The notes beneath the pieces were generated by a model. The model was not told the origin of the DNA. It saw nothing but the letters and a program-made list of their open reading frames with translations, and did no database searches. A program made the position numbers and the translations under genes. DNA of 33,690 bases from Octopus bimaculoides (Eukaryota): assembly GCF_001194135.2 (NCBI RefSeq), contig NC_068981.1, positions 171,206,799-171,240,488 of the forward strand. Direction: 5' to 3'. Below are positions 23,077 through 33,690 of the stretch, one piece after another. Position 1 is the stretch's first letter. Each line of letters opens with the position of its first letter.

Positions 23077-23114
23077 TTTCCTGAAGAAGAGTTCCGAAAT
23101 ACGAAATATTGAAA
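23077..23114 (+). ncRNA. Candidate minimal hammerhead motif with intact core and weak stems
   Basis: TTTC-CTGAAGA-A-GAGTT[CCGA]AATAC-GAAA-TAT-T-GAAA. Stem I is 4 bp, stem II has 4/5 pairs including one G.U, and stem III comes from palindromic ATAT. Confidence 0.4.
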
Positions 23115-23242
23115 AGAAGTTCATATAGATAGCCATCGATTTTTATTTTATTTTATAACTTGCATTGTTTTAAAAACAATATATTCTTTTATATTTTAAA
23201 AAATATTCATATGCATGTATGCGAATGTACACGCACGCAATG

Positions 23243-23291
<49 letters not shown>

Positions 23292-23617
23292 NNNNNNNNN
23301 NNNNNNNNNNNNNNNNNNNNNNNNNNNNNNNNNNNNNNNNNNNNNNNNNNNNNNNNNNNNNNNNNNNNNNNNNNNNNNNNNNNNNNNNNNNNNNNNNNNN
23401 NNNNNNNNNNNNNNNNNNNNNNNNNNNNNNNNNNNNNNNNNNNNNNNNNNNNNNNNNNNNNNNNNNNNNNNNNNNNNNNNNNNNNNNNNNNNNNNNNNNN
23501 NNNNNNNNNNNNNNNNNNNNNNNNNNNNNNAGAGAGAGAGAGAGAGAGAGAGAGAGAAATGCATATATGTATATATCTTTGTGTGGGTGTGTGTGTTCAT
23601 GTGTGGGTGTGTGTGTA

Positions 23618-24000
23618 TTCTTTTACACGTTTCAATCATTAGACTGCGGCCATACTGGGGTACCGCCTTGACGTTTTAGTCGAATGAATCGACACCAGTA
23701 TTAAGCCTGGTACTTATTCTATCGGTTTTTTACGCCGAACCGCTAGTTGACAGGAACTCAAACACACCCATACTGTTTGTCAAGTGGTGGTGGGTGGACA
23801 AAGACAGACACTAAGATATGCACACATAAATATATACACATATAAAACGGGCTTCTTTCAGTTTCCGTCTGACAAATCCTCTCACAACTCTTTGGTCGCC
23901 CCGAGGCAATACTAGAAGACACTTGCCCAATGTTCTATGCAGTGGAACTGAACCCAGAACCATGTAGCTGGGAAGCAAGCTTCTTACAACACAGCCGCCT
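23618..24000 (-). mobile_element. SINE family A, full-length
   Basis: Minus-strand tRNA-like head GGCGGCTGTGTTGTAAGAAGCTTGCTTCCCAGCTACATGGTTCTGGGTTCAGTTCCACTG. It is colinear with the plus copy at 25100-25446. Confidence 0.9.
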
Positions 24001-24005
24001 ACATA

Positions 24006-24725
24006 TATTGAGTTATCCTATAAATAATCCGGTTTTTATATACCTCTTTTACTTTTCAAAATTAAAATAAAAAATGTTCTGTTTTTATCTAAGATATACT
24101 ATCCATCATTTTCTACAATGTTCTTTCACCTATATGGTAGACTTGCAAGGCCTCTCTCCCAAAATTAATTTCTCCGTGACCGAAAATATTCCTCTAGTAC
24201 TGTTTTGACCTCATCTACAGAATTCATATCTTTTCTGTCCAAATGATTTTGAAGACTGCGGAATAAATGATAATCAGATGGGAAAATGTCTAGCGAATAC
24301 GGTGGGTGGGGCATAGTTTCCCATTCAAACGCTCCAGCTTTTGGAATGTCATCCTCGCTGTATGTGGCCGAGCATTATCGTGCAGGAAGGACACCCCTCA
24401 TCTTGAAACCAAAGATGGTTATTATTTTTTCTAACGCTGACTTAAGCTGCGCAAGCTGCTCGCAGTAGATCATCACCTTTGTTATCGTTTGGTTTGAGTT
24501 TAAAAGTTCAAAGTGGACTAAACTTTTCATATCCCACCAAACAGATAACAACAACTTACGTGTGTGAAAACCTTCTCTAGTCTAGGGTGTCGGTGTTATT
24601 CCTTTCTCTACCCACTGCGTTTGGCACTTGTCATTTTTGCAGGGAACCCATTTCCCATCACCAGTTACGATTCGGTCCCAAAAATGGTTCGTTCGTGAGA
24701 CCTGACAGCATGCGGTCATGCGAAA
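24006..24725 (-). mobile_element. 5'-truncated mariner (DD34D-type) transposon remnant with one TIR
   Basis: DRIVTGDGKWV, LLLSVWWD...VHFELL, LHDNARPHTA, PHPPYSLDIFPSDYHLFRSLQNHL. It ends TA|TATTGAGTTATCCTATAAATAATCC at 24004-24030. Confidence 0.9.
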
Positions 24726-25099
24726 GCATGTGTGTGTGCATGGCTGTGTGTACGTATACACACTCCGTATCCCTTTCGTACTCTCTTGTATATAAAATTT
24801 GTGCAATATTCGTCATCCTTCATTTTTTCGGGTTTTTATTAATGCACTTTGAAGTCCAGTTACACACACACACACACACACAGACACACGCACACACACA
24901 CACACACACACAGGCACACACGCACACACGCATGCAAAAATATGCCTTCTCATGACCGCATAAGTATACATAAACACGCATCTATTAAGTTAACGTTTAT
25001 ATTCAACTAGCAATATTCAATCCCAACTAAAGTGATACTGCATAGGATTTATATCAGTAAATACAATATGTGTTCCTGAAATTGTTTGTACACGTTCAA

Positions 25100-25446
25100 G
25101 GCGCAGGCGTGGCTGTGTGGTAAGAGGCTTGCTTTCCAACATCATGGTTCTGAGATAAATCCCACTACATGACATCTTGGGTGTCTTCTACTATAGCCTT
25201 GGTCCGACGAAACCTTGTGAGTGGATTTGGTACATGGAAACTGAAAGAAGCCAGTGGTATGTATGTGTGTGTGTGTATTTATATGTGTGTCTGTTTTTGT
25301 CCCCCCACCATCGCTTGACAATCGATGCTGGTATGTTTAGACCGATAAAGTAAGTACAAAGCTTAGAAGAATAAGTCCTGGGATCGATTTCTTCGACTAA
25401 AATCTTTTAAAGCAAATGACTGAAACAAGTAAAAGAATAAAAGAAT
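25100..25446 (+). mobile_element. SINE family A, near full-length, with internal (TG)n
   Basis: GGCGCAGGCGTGGCTGTGTGGTAAGAGGCTTGCTT head and TGACTGAAACAAGTAAAAGAATAAAAGAATA tail; reverse-complement homologue of 23618-24000. Confidence 0.9.
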
Positions 25447-25707
25447 ACAGACTATTCTACATTCTCCGTCACAAATACATACATATAAGCGCATCTTCTG
25501 ATAACATCGTAGTTTCTGCGTTCATTAGAATAGGTTGTTTAGAATCATAACCAATTTTTATTAAATACATTTATGATTGACTATGATTGACTATTCTGTC
25601 ATTTTCGAGACTTGAGTGACAATTTAAATGAGAATTGTGCGATTACAAGGATTCGGCTTGTCGTCGTCTAATCAGCTTAAATTCCCAATCATACGTTCCC
25701 GTTATAG

Positions 25708-25898
25708 GATAGCTCACAGGGAGAGAATGCTTAGCGACATTTTGTCCGTCAGAACGTTGTAGATTTAATTCCGCCTAGTTCAACTTAACCATTCGAGGTC
25801 GATAAAATAAGTACCAGTTGAGCACTGAGATCGATGTAATAGACTGACACCCTCCCCACAAAATTGCAGGCCTTGTGCCTATAGTAGAAAGCATTATT
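25708..25898 (+). mobile_element. SINE family B copy
   Basis: AATGCTTAGCGACATTTTGTCCGTC...GGTCGATAAAATAAGTACCAGTTGAGCACTG...AAAATTGCAGGCCTTGTGCC; reverse-complement homologue of 7014-7228. Confidence 0.85.
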
Positions 25899-27224
25899 CA
25901 CTCCTAGAGGTAACTGACCTCAATGAATTCGTCTATAATTTCTCATATCACAAGTTGTAAGAATCATGACGACGGCAAGGTGTCTCGAACTCAAAGAAAT
26001 ATTATCCTTGTATTGTATCATATATCACAGCTACTATAAATAATTATTAGTTGCTAAGAGACTCACGTGTAAACTTTTGATACTATATTTTTACGACTCG
26101 TGTTTTTTCTCTATGATGTTGATCATATAATTGAAGTGAAATAACAAGAAACCGGAACCGGGTTGTGAATTGTCTAGACAAGCGCTTATCCCTCTTCAGA
26201 CGAGCTAAAAATTAAAAAAAATTAAAATACTAAGAAGATATGTTCGAGTATTGTAGATATTTTTACGATATGTCTAAGACACGTTATATATATGGAAAGT
26301 AGACGTGGATTGAATGTGTAAATAATTTACGGGAGAAAGGAAACGTTTATTTCCTATACTCAATAAGACAACTCAGAAATGCAATGAAATGTATCACTTC
26401 GTTCACTAACTGAGATGGAATTCTGTATCTCCTAGAATATATTCTAACATTTAAGACACAAACAACGAGTCTCAGAAATGGCTACTTTTATTTATGTATC
26501 ATGCGATCCTTTTTAACTTTATCGCTTATATTTGCTTACGTGTTCCTTTTTGTTTTGTCTTTCCCATTTTTGTATTTTTATCTTCTTTCTATCCCTTTGC
26601 TTTTATTGTCATTTTTCTAAACAAAATACTTTATTACTGGAACCATAAATAAAACTGCAAAAATCTACAACGAAAACGGGAAGAATTTAACGGAAGAAAT
26701 AAAACAAAACTAGAAAACAACCTGAGGGGGAACTGTAAATGTTGCGGACCAAAACCTACAAGTCAATGCTGCATAATTACTGCAAGCTACCAAAGGTTTG
26801 CCGAATCAATAAATAAGTGGAAAAAAATATTTTCAAACATATATAGCATTAAAACATTACGAGAAAATTGTTAAAAGAAAATACTTTAATAATGCAACAT
26901 TGAATGCAGGTTTGTAGAATATTCAGTACAGAAGTTCTTGTATATAGTCAGTAATCTGATTGTCAAGGCTTAGTAAAAAGACAAACTTAAACAGAAAGAG
27001 AATGAAAGTGAACTGATATTATTGGCAGCATCGTCCATATGAAGATACGCCAAAAGAACTGAATAGTGTGTACAGAGCGAAACTGTTCATGATAAGTAGT
27101 AGGTAGAAGAGGTTGTTTTAAAGGGAGGCAGAATCGGGGCGGGGGATGACAGTGAATTGACAAATCGGAAGATATGTGATATACACACACACACATACAT
27201 ATATATACATATATATATATGTGT

Positions 27225-27231
27225 GCGTGTG

Positions 27232-27290
<59 letters not shown>
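27225..27290. repeat. (TG)n microsatellite
   Basis: Read directly from the sequence. Confidence 0.97.
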
Positions 27291-27291
<1 letters not shown>

Positions 27292-27319
27292 TGTGTGTAT
27301 GGGTGTGTATGTTTATACA

Positions 27320-28723
27320 TCTAAATATATAAAGTTGTACTCTCTATCTGTTTGTTATCGAATTTTTCCTTGGGAATTTGGAGATAGACCCCCATAACCA
27401 TATATATTCTGAAACTGCATTACGCACAGTACTTGGATAAGTTTATTTCATTTTGATCAAAGTGGTCCCCGGTGGGCACAAACACCCAACTGAAAAACTT
27501 TTTCCCATTGATTTAAATGAAATTTAAACGACAGGTAAATGAACAGAAATGATACCTGTTCCCAGAATATCAGCAAATTTTATTAATATTAAGACACCCT
27601 AATGGGGGCTAAACCCCCTTATATTGCACATTTTGGAAGCCCATAACTTGAGTACTTGAACCTCTGTTATTACGGATTTATTCTATTAATTTAATGTAAA
27701 ACAACAAAATTATCTCTATTTTATACAAAAACATCCGCAAATTCACATATTTTATCTATGACAAAACATCACTAGAATTATGGCGAGAAAAATAAGTGAA
27801 TGCCTCTACTTTTTTAGCATTTTCTCTTTATTAATTTTTCTTCAGACACCAATTATGCCTCGGAGAAGGAAGTTCACTTATACAAATACTCCACATGCTC
27901 AGAGGATGAAACTTCGTCGTCACTCTGAAAGCTGTGATGCAAGGGACGAATGACTGTCTAGACAAAGACAGAGTCAAACGGAGTCTCAGCAAAATGAAAC
28001 CTTTGGTGAGTGTCAAAAAAGACAAGAGCAAGATATATTTCGCCATATAATTGCAAGAAGAAATGAGTCTGAAGAAGAGAGACAACAGTGTTTGATTGCT
28101 GATAGAAACAGGTGTAAAAATTTAAGACAACGTGAGATTTAAAATGATAAACGTTCTGCATTACTGTATGACATAACTTACCCATCTAACAGGGCTGCAA
28201 TTGGAGAAATGACCAAACAGCATGGAAGGGTTACACTGGATCCATTTACACCTCTGAATAAGTTATTTCAAGAACTGTTAACTGGGGAAAGTCAATTCAG
28301 TAAACACATTTTGTCAAGGCTCAGGGAGTACAACACTCAGGTTGCCATGACCAGCTTTGGTCACAAAGATGCATCTGTCGAAGGCTGGAGTCCATCTGTA
28401 AGAATCCATGGTAAAATTTACCATCAACTTCAGGAAAATAAGCACCAACAGGGGCTGCAGTTGGAATTTTAATGTCAAATGGGCCTATAGACAATAGAGA
28501 TACTGTCCTTCAGTTGAAACAAGGTGGATTGAGAATTTCAGACCTATATTGATCCTATGATCCTTTGATGTATCCATTGTTTTTTCCATATGGAACAAAC
28601 GGCTGCTACATATTTGAAAAGAAGAAATTACCACCAAGGAGCAGTGACATATCACGATTGTAGGATTTCGCGACTTACCAATTGTGCTACTTAATCCCGA
28701 TCAACGTCGGGTATGCCTGCTAT
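27320..28723 (+). mobile_element. Non-autonomous Helitron derivative retaining both termini
   Basis: The 5' end is A|TCTAAATATATAAAG...TCTGTTTGTT (27320). The 3' hairpin CCCGA-TCAACG-TCGGG (28696-28711) is followed 8 nt later by CTAT (CTAG with one change) and then T. Confidence 0.8.
27855..28612 (+). pseudogene. Helitron RepHel N-terminal remnant
   Basis: MPRRRK..., an R/E/Q-rich repeat (NESEEERQQCL), IGEMTKQ-HGRVTL, SKHILSRLREYNTQVAMTSFG...RIHGKIYH, APTGAAVGIL...NRDTVL...RISDLY*SYDPLMYPLFFPYG; in-frame stops and deletions are present. Confidence 0.85.
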
Positions 28724-29504
28724 TATACATATATATTCACACACCTAAACACACATGCATTGATGCACAGAACACACATGTGTGTATTGTACACACCCAT
28801 ATATATATATATGTANNNNNNNNNNNNNNNNNNNNNNNNNNNNNNNNNNNNNNNNNNNNNNNNNNNNNNNNNNNNNNNNNNNNNNNNNNNNNNNNNNNNN
28901 NNNNNNNNNNNNNNNNNNNNNNNNNNNNNNNNNNNNNNNNNNNNNNNNNNNNNNNNNNNNNNNNNNNNNNNNNNNNNNNNNNNNNNNNNNNNNNNNNNNN
29001 NTATATATATATATATCGAGAGAGAGTGAGAGTACACGGAAGGAAACGAGTGCTTGCTACACTGATACATGGTGCGATTTACAAGTTTCTACATGACCAA
29101 ATATGTTTAAATTCACACAACGTTGTTCAGGAAGGTTTGACAGGATATGCTATACTGTTTGTACACGTTATTTCTTCACAACACTATCATCGTTGGGTTC
29201 GTCAATAACTGTTGACAACTCCTTGAGTTTATGACTATTGATTGTTCAATTTAGTATCATTTGTTGCATATACAACCATTTACCGATTGTAACAGTGCAT
29301 ATAATCTTTTATGGTTGTATTTCAATAATTATTGAGTTTATAAACTCTCTTTGTTATTTATGTCTAACCATATGTTGATACTTTGGTCACGGCTTATTTT
29401 AAGGTTCTTAATCAATCATATTACTATCATTGACCATTTGCTTTATTAGAGACATCCACATACACACACATACACGCACGCACACATGTATACACACACG
29501 CACG

Positions 29505-29538
<34 letters not shown>

Positions 29539-30189
29539 CACACATATATACACACGGTATATATATATAATGCCATTTAGGGTCAGTTAAAAGAGTAATC
29601 TAATGATAGCTAATACTGGGATTATTGTTATGTCGTCTTAGCTTGGCAACTATTGCAAGATGATCACTTCGTTTAATGTAGAAAAAAGTATGTTGAAGTT
29701 GTAGAATGATCCATAGAGTAAAAAGAAAAGGGAAGAAGGAAAAACATTTTATGTAGCAGATCCAAGAATGAGATTTCCAAGTACATTTGAATTACTTTAC
29801 TTTACATGCGTTGCAAATGTCACTTATAAGGTGTGAAAGTCATATATTCTAGTTCTCCTATTTAACAACTTTGTGAATTTACTAATACACAGCTCTGTGT
29901 CTTTCATTTATTTCTGTAGTAACTTTAAAAAACAAAATGAAAATCGATTAGTTAGATAAGAACCAAGTAGCATTTTCTCTGAAGAGGTATGACATTTCAA
30001 GACTGTAAAACGTGTTTAGTTGGGAATGTACGATAGTATATATATATATACAAAGGTGATGGGGATTTCCCCAGTAGTCACCTTCACCAACTTTTCGTTG
30101 TAATTTATCTATTACTTCTGCTGCAGCGCCTGCAGTCGAGGGAAAATCTTAAAGGGGCAACAACATTCACGCATGAAGCAGACTAATAT

Positions 30190-30192
<3 letters not shown>

Positions 30193-30245
<53 letters not shown>
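30193..30245. repeat. (AT)n microsatellite
   Basis: Read directly from the sequence. Confidence 0.98.
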
Positions 30246-30246
<1 letters not shown>

Positions 30247-31104
30247 TAGCATGGAGTTTTATGTAAAGGGAAATGCACTTCTAATAGATGAGTTGATGAA
30301 TCTGATGAATACCATATGTGCATTAAAACACAACTGTGATGATGTTTGAGAAACATTAATCATGGACAGACAAAGAAGAAACAAATTATTTGCAGAACTT
30401 GACACATCACTTGTGGTAGATATTTATCAACGAAAGAGAAGATAGGATAATACATCCAATTAATTTTACTGTAGCCGTCTTCACGTTTTCTTTTTTGCAT
30501 TTTTTTTTTGGCAGTATTTTTTCCCTTTTACTCCTTTCATGATATATTCCAGTTATATTTAACTTGATGCCTAAAGACTATTTATTTTATGCACATACAA
30601 CGGAATTGTCTGATCTAAAATAACACGATATCTCTTTATTTCATCTTTAATTATATCTGAGGGTTTAGCTTCTTCCGACATGCTGTTGTAAACACAGTCG
30701 TTTGTTTCCACGTCTCCATTATATTCTCTTTGACCTGAAATGTGTTTCGTTAATTCCTGCTTTTTTCTTTTTCTTTTGATTCTTCTTCAAAAAATTCTTT
30801 AACAAATTGTTGATATTGTGGATGACAGAAATTCTCAAAGATCATCCCACCTTTATTTTATCTTATACTACTTCACAGATATCATTACACTCCTTGCTTT
30901 TATATTTATTTATTTCTAACGATTTGGTTCAATGAATGAGTTTCTTCCTACATATATAGGCTTTTATTTTGTTTCACTTATGTCAGCAGAGATGAAATTC
31001 CACATTACATATCAGTAGTATAATAGTTGAGTTCAAAATAGTTCAAAATGTATTTTGAGATGGTCGTATTTTGGGGTTTTTTTGCCACATAAATAACTAT
31101 CCTG

Positions 31105-31144
<40 letters not shown>

Positions 31145-32457
31145 ATATAGTTCAGCACATATACGTATATGTGTGAGTGTTGAGGAAGACTATGTGGATC
31201 AAGGTCTGCATATATTTAAAGGGAAAACGTGTTGCTGTAAGTAAATATAGCAGTAAACGTCTTTTGTAATGAATAAACGACACCATATATACATATTAAG
31301 TTTGATGTCTTGCTATATATATATATTGACGTTTGGTTTTGACACACACATACACACATATGAATGCACACACATACAGACACACACACACACACACACA
31401 CACATAGACCCACGCACACACACACACACACTCACGCACAAACGCGTTTTCTTCATGTTTGAGTATATGCATATTTATGTAACTTCATAGATTTTGGACG
31501 CCAAGTTTTGTCAATTTATTTGCCAGTTCACAATTTCATATACGTATTCTTCTCCAAAAACTTACCCAGGTTGGATGTTTACAGAGTAGATGGATGGGGA
31601 GCATGCTTGAGATTTCGAAGTTTGTTTTGGTTCTTATGAATACAATATTTAAGACGTCCATTGCTGATGTTATAATATTTAAGTTGTACAAGTTGCAAGA
31701 TCTTGCATTGGGGGTAAAAGCGACATCATGTAATGTAGGAAATCTTTTCGATCTGAATTGTATATAAATCTGTATGTTAATATATTATCTTGTGTCACTA
31801 TATGTTTTTTGCGAGATTGAACATCCTGATGAAGGAAGCGTCTAGTTTCTCCAAATATGAGTACTATACCATATTATAAGACACATCTCTGAAACGGCCC
31901 ATAGACGGTGACTTTGAATATTACCCCGTGTCGTGCGGGTTTTTTTCGATATAGTGTATATAAATCTATTCTTTGTATTGTACACGTTCTTATAATATAA
32001 TACATATAAATGTTGTGTTATCATACCGTATATATTTACTCACTGCATGTTATATCATACCGAAGGTTTATGTATCGTATTGCATCGTCTTATATTGATT
32101 AATATTTTTATATGGCTTGGAAATTAGGAACACTTATAAATATTTTTAAAACATTTTTAGATATTTTTAAACATTCATTATATTTTTGAAGTTTATGTGT
32201 TTTATATGCCTGTGTACTTTTATTTTATTTTTGGTATTTTCGCTACTGAGAATTGTGTATGATTATTGATTCAAGGATGATATGCAGACATATGTATATT
32301 GAATCTTTTGGAGATGAGGTATTGTTCCTATAGTTTTCCAACTGTATTGTCTCCATTCAAACTATAACTTGAATCTTAGCTCAATTTGAGCAATTCAACT
32401 CTCGCCTGTTTCTGAGTATTGTAATATTAACAATCTCTGCTTATAAAAGTACAGTTT

Positions 32458-32477
32458 ATATATATATATGTGTGTGT

Positions 32478-32522
<45 letters not shown>

Positions 32523-32530
32523 CGTGTGTG
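32458..32530. repeat. (TA)n/(TG)n microsatellite
   Basis: Read directly from the sequence. Confidence 0.96.
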
Positions 32531-32739
32531 CGAGTGTATTTTATGTATATGTGTTTATATATATGTATGTATGTATATGTGCATACATTTCTTTATCAAT
32601 CTCAGTATCATTGGACACAATGGAACCAAGAAAAGTAGAGAAATGAGTCTTTAATGCTTTCCTATTAAAATATACATTAGGGACAACAGCGGGAGCATGG
32701 TCTAGAATGGGGCTGATGGACAAGCTCGGTTTTCTTGAT

Positions 32740-33430
32740 GTTGATGGTCAGAACAAAAGCCTTCGATGCACGCGAAAAGTTGCTTAGAATTCATTGCATA
32801 CCATCATTAGTGTGTGCTACAAGTGTACAATCGTCTGCGAAGGAAAAATCTCAAATAGTTCATACCAAAGTCTTAGTTTTTGCTTTGAAGCGCTCTTGGT
32901 TGCTTTATGGTGCGGAATCTTGGTCCCTGTAACGAAAGCATATCAATCATCTTGACGCTTTTCATATGCAATGCTTGAGTACAGTCTCCAATATAAAACC
33001 TTGTGACCATATTCTTAACAGTGAAGTGCTAACAAAATGCAACATATCAGGTACTGAAGCCGTCATCATCAAAATACAGCTTAGACGGTCAGGTCATCTC
33101 ACATATATGAGTAATATCAGAATTCCAAAGCAACTACTCTTCCGCCAATTCCCACCAAGAAGGTCGGTAGGAAAGCCACTCAAAGATAAGCTAAAGGACA
33201 ATCTAAAGCGATGCAACTTTCCCTTTTCTTAATGGGAAAACAACGCATCAGAGTGCAGGGCCTAGCGCCAGTCCTGCTTCTCCTCTGTTCGAAGATTTGA
33301 GCAAAGTCGATTCCAGCATCGGGAACAAGATTGTGCAAGCATGAAGGCATGGTGGTAAAACGTTGATCGTCTAAATGAAAACCCAACTCGTCAATGTGAC
33401 ACGGAGCAATGCAGGCCTTGCCGTCCGCTC
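32740..33430 (+). mobile_element. RTE-clade LINE, decayed post-RT 3' region
   Basis: TKVLVF...LLYGAESWSL*RKHINHLDAFHMQCL...NSEVL...QLRRSGH...RIPKQLLF...GKP..KDKLKDNLK matches the RTE/BovB-type C-terminal pattern. The boundaries are approximate. Confidence 0.85.
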
Positions 33431-33690
33431 AAGAAAACATTCAATAAATGATCCACAAACACTCGAGTAAAGTGAGTCCTCAACATTTTATATTTGCTAA
33501 AACGTCTGTAAGGCACCAGTAGGTATCAAGAGGGATATTTGTGTCCATAAAACATGATAACCGCTTCATTCTACTCAATACTCATTTGTTGTTCACGATG
33601 AGAAAATCCAGCATATATATATATGTGTGTGTGTGAGTGTGTGTGTGTGTGTGTGTGTATGTGTATATATATATATATGTTATATATATA

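Larger units (their letters stand above)
7673..29001. other. Eight assembly gaps: 7673-7991, 10345-10903, 12208-12217, 15649-15763, 17743-18575, 19949-20322, 23292-23530, 28816-29001
   Basis: N runs, most of them bordered by (TA)n, (CA)n or (GA)n tracts. Confidence 0.99.

Noticed and set aside
31821-31864. CTGATGA-A-GGAAGC[GTCTA]GTTTCT-CCAAATATG hammerhead-like string
   Set aside because: GAAA is replaced by CAAA, the cleavage position is G, and there is no stem I; at best a dead relic.
30-33690. Most ORFs in the supplied track (YIYI, CVCV, HTHT, ERER, LSIY and poly-X products)
   Set aside because: They are stop-free reading of microsatellites or N gaps, not genes.

Overview
AT-rich, repeat-dense eukaryotic non-coding DNA (intronic or intergenic) from a gapped draft assembly with 8 N-runs. 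The microsatellite load and tRNA-derived SINE families point to a cephalopod, probably Octopus (inference from family resemblance, not a database hit). No intact host gene is recognisable, and nearly all ORFs in the track are microsatellite or N-gap artefacts. The real coding remnants are all transposon-derived: the zinc-knuckle/RLE end of an R4/Dong-like LINE (1714-2435), two internally deleted Helitrons (about 13880-15385 minus; 27320-28723 plus), a full-length decayed rosa/DD41D-like Tc1/mariner element with TIRs and TA TSD (20733-22093), a truncated mariner (24006-24725) and an RTE-clade LINE 3' fragment (about 32740-33430). About nine SINE fragments of three families are also present. The most unusual signal is a minimal type I hammerhead ribozyme (4013-4055) inside a 200-bp module closed by 26-bp inverted arms. 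Further hammerhead-like motifs occur at 23077-23114 and 842-877, suggesting Penelope/retrozyme-type elements. A few splice-site-bounded exon candidates are noted at low confidence.
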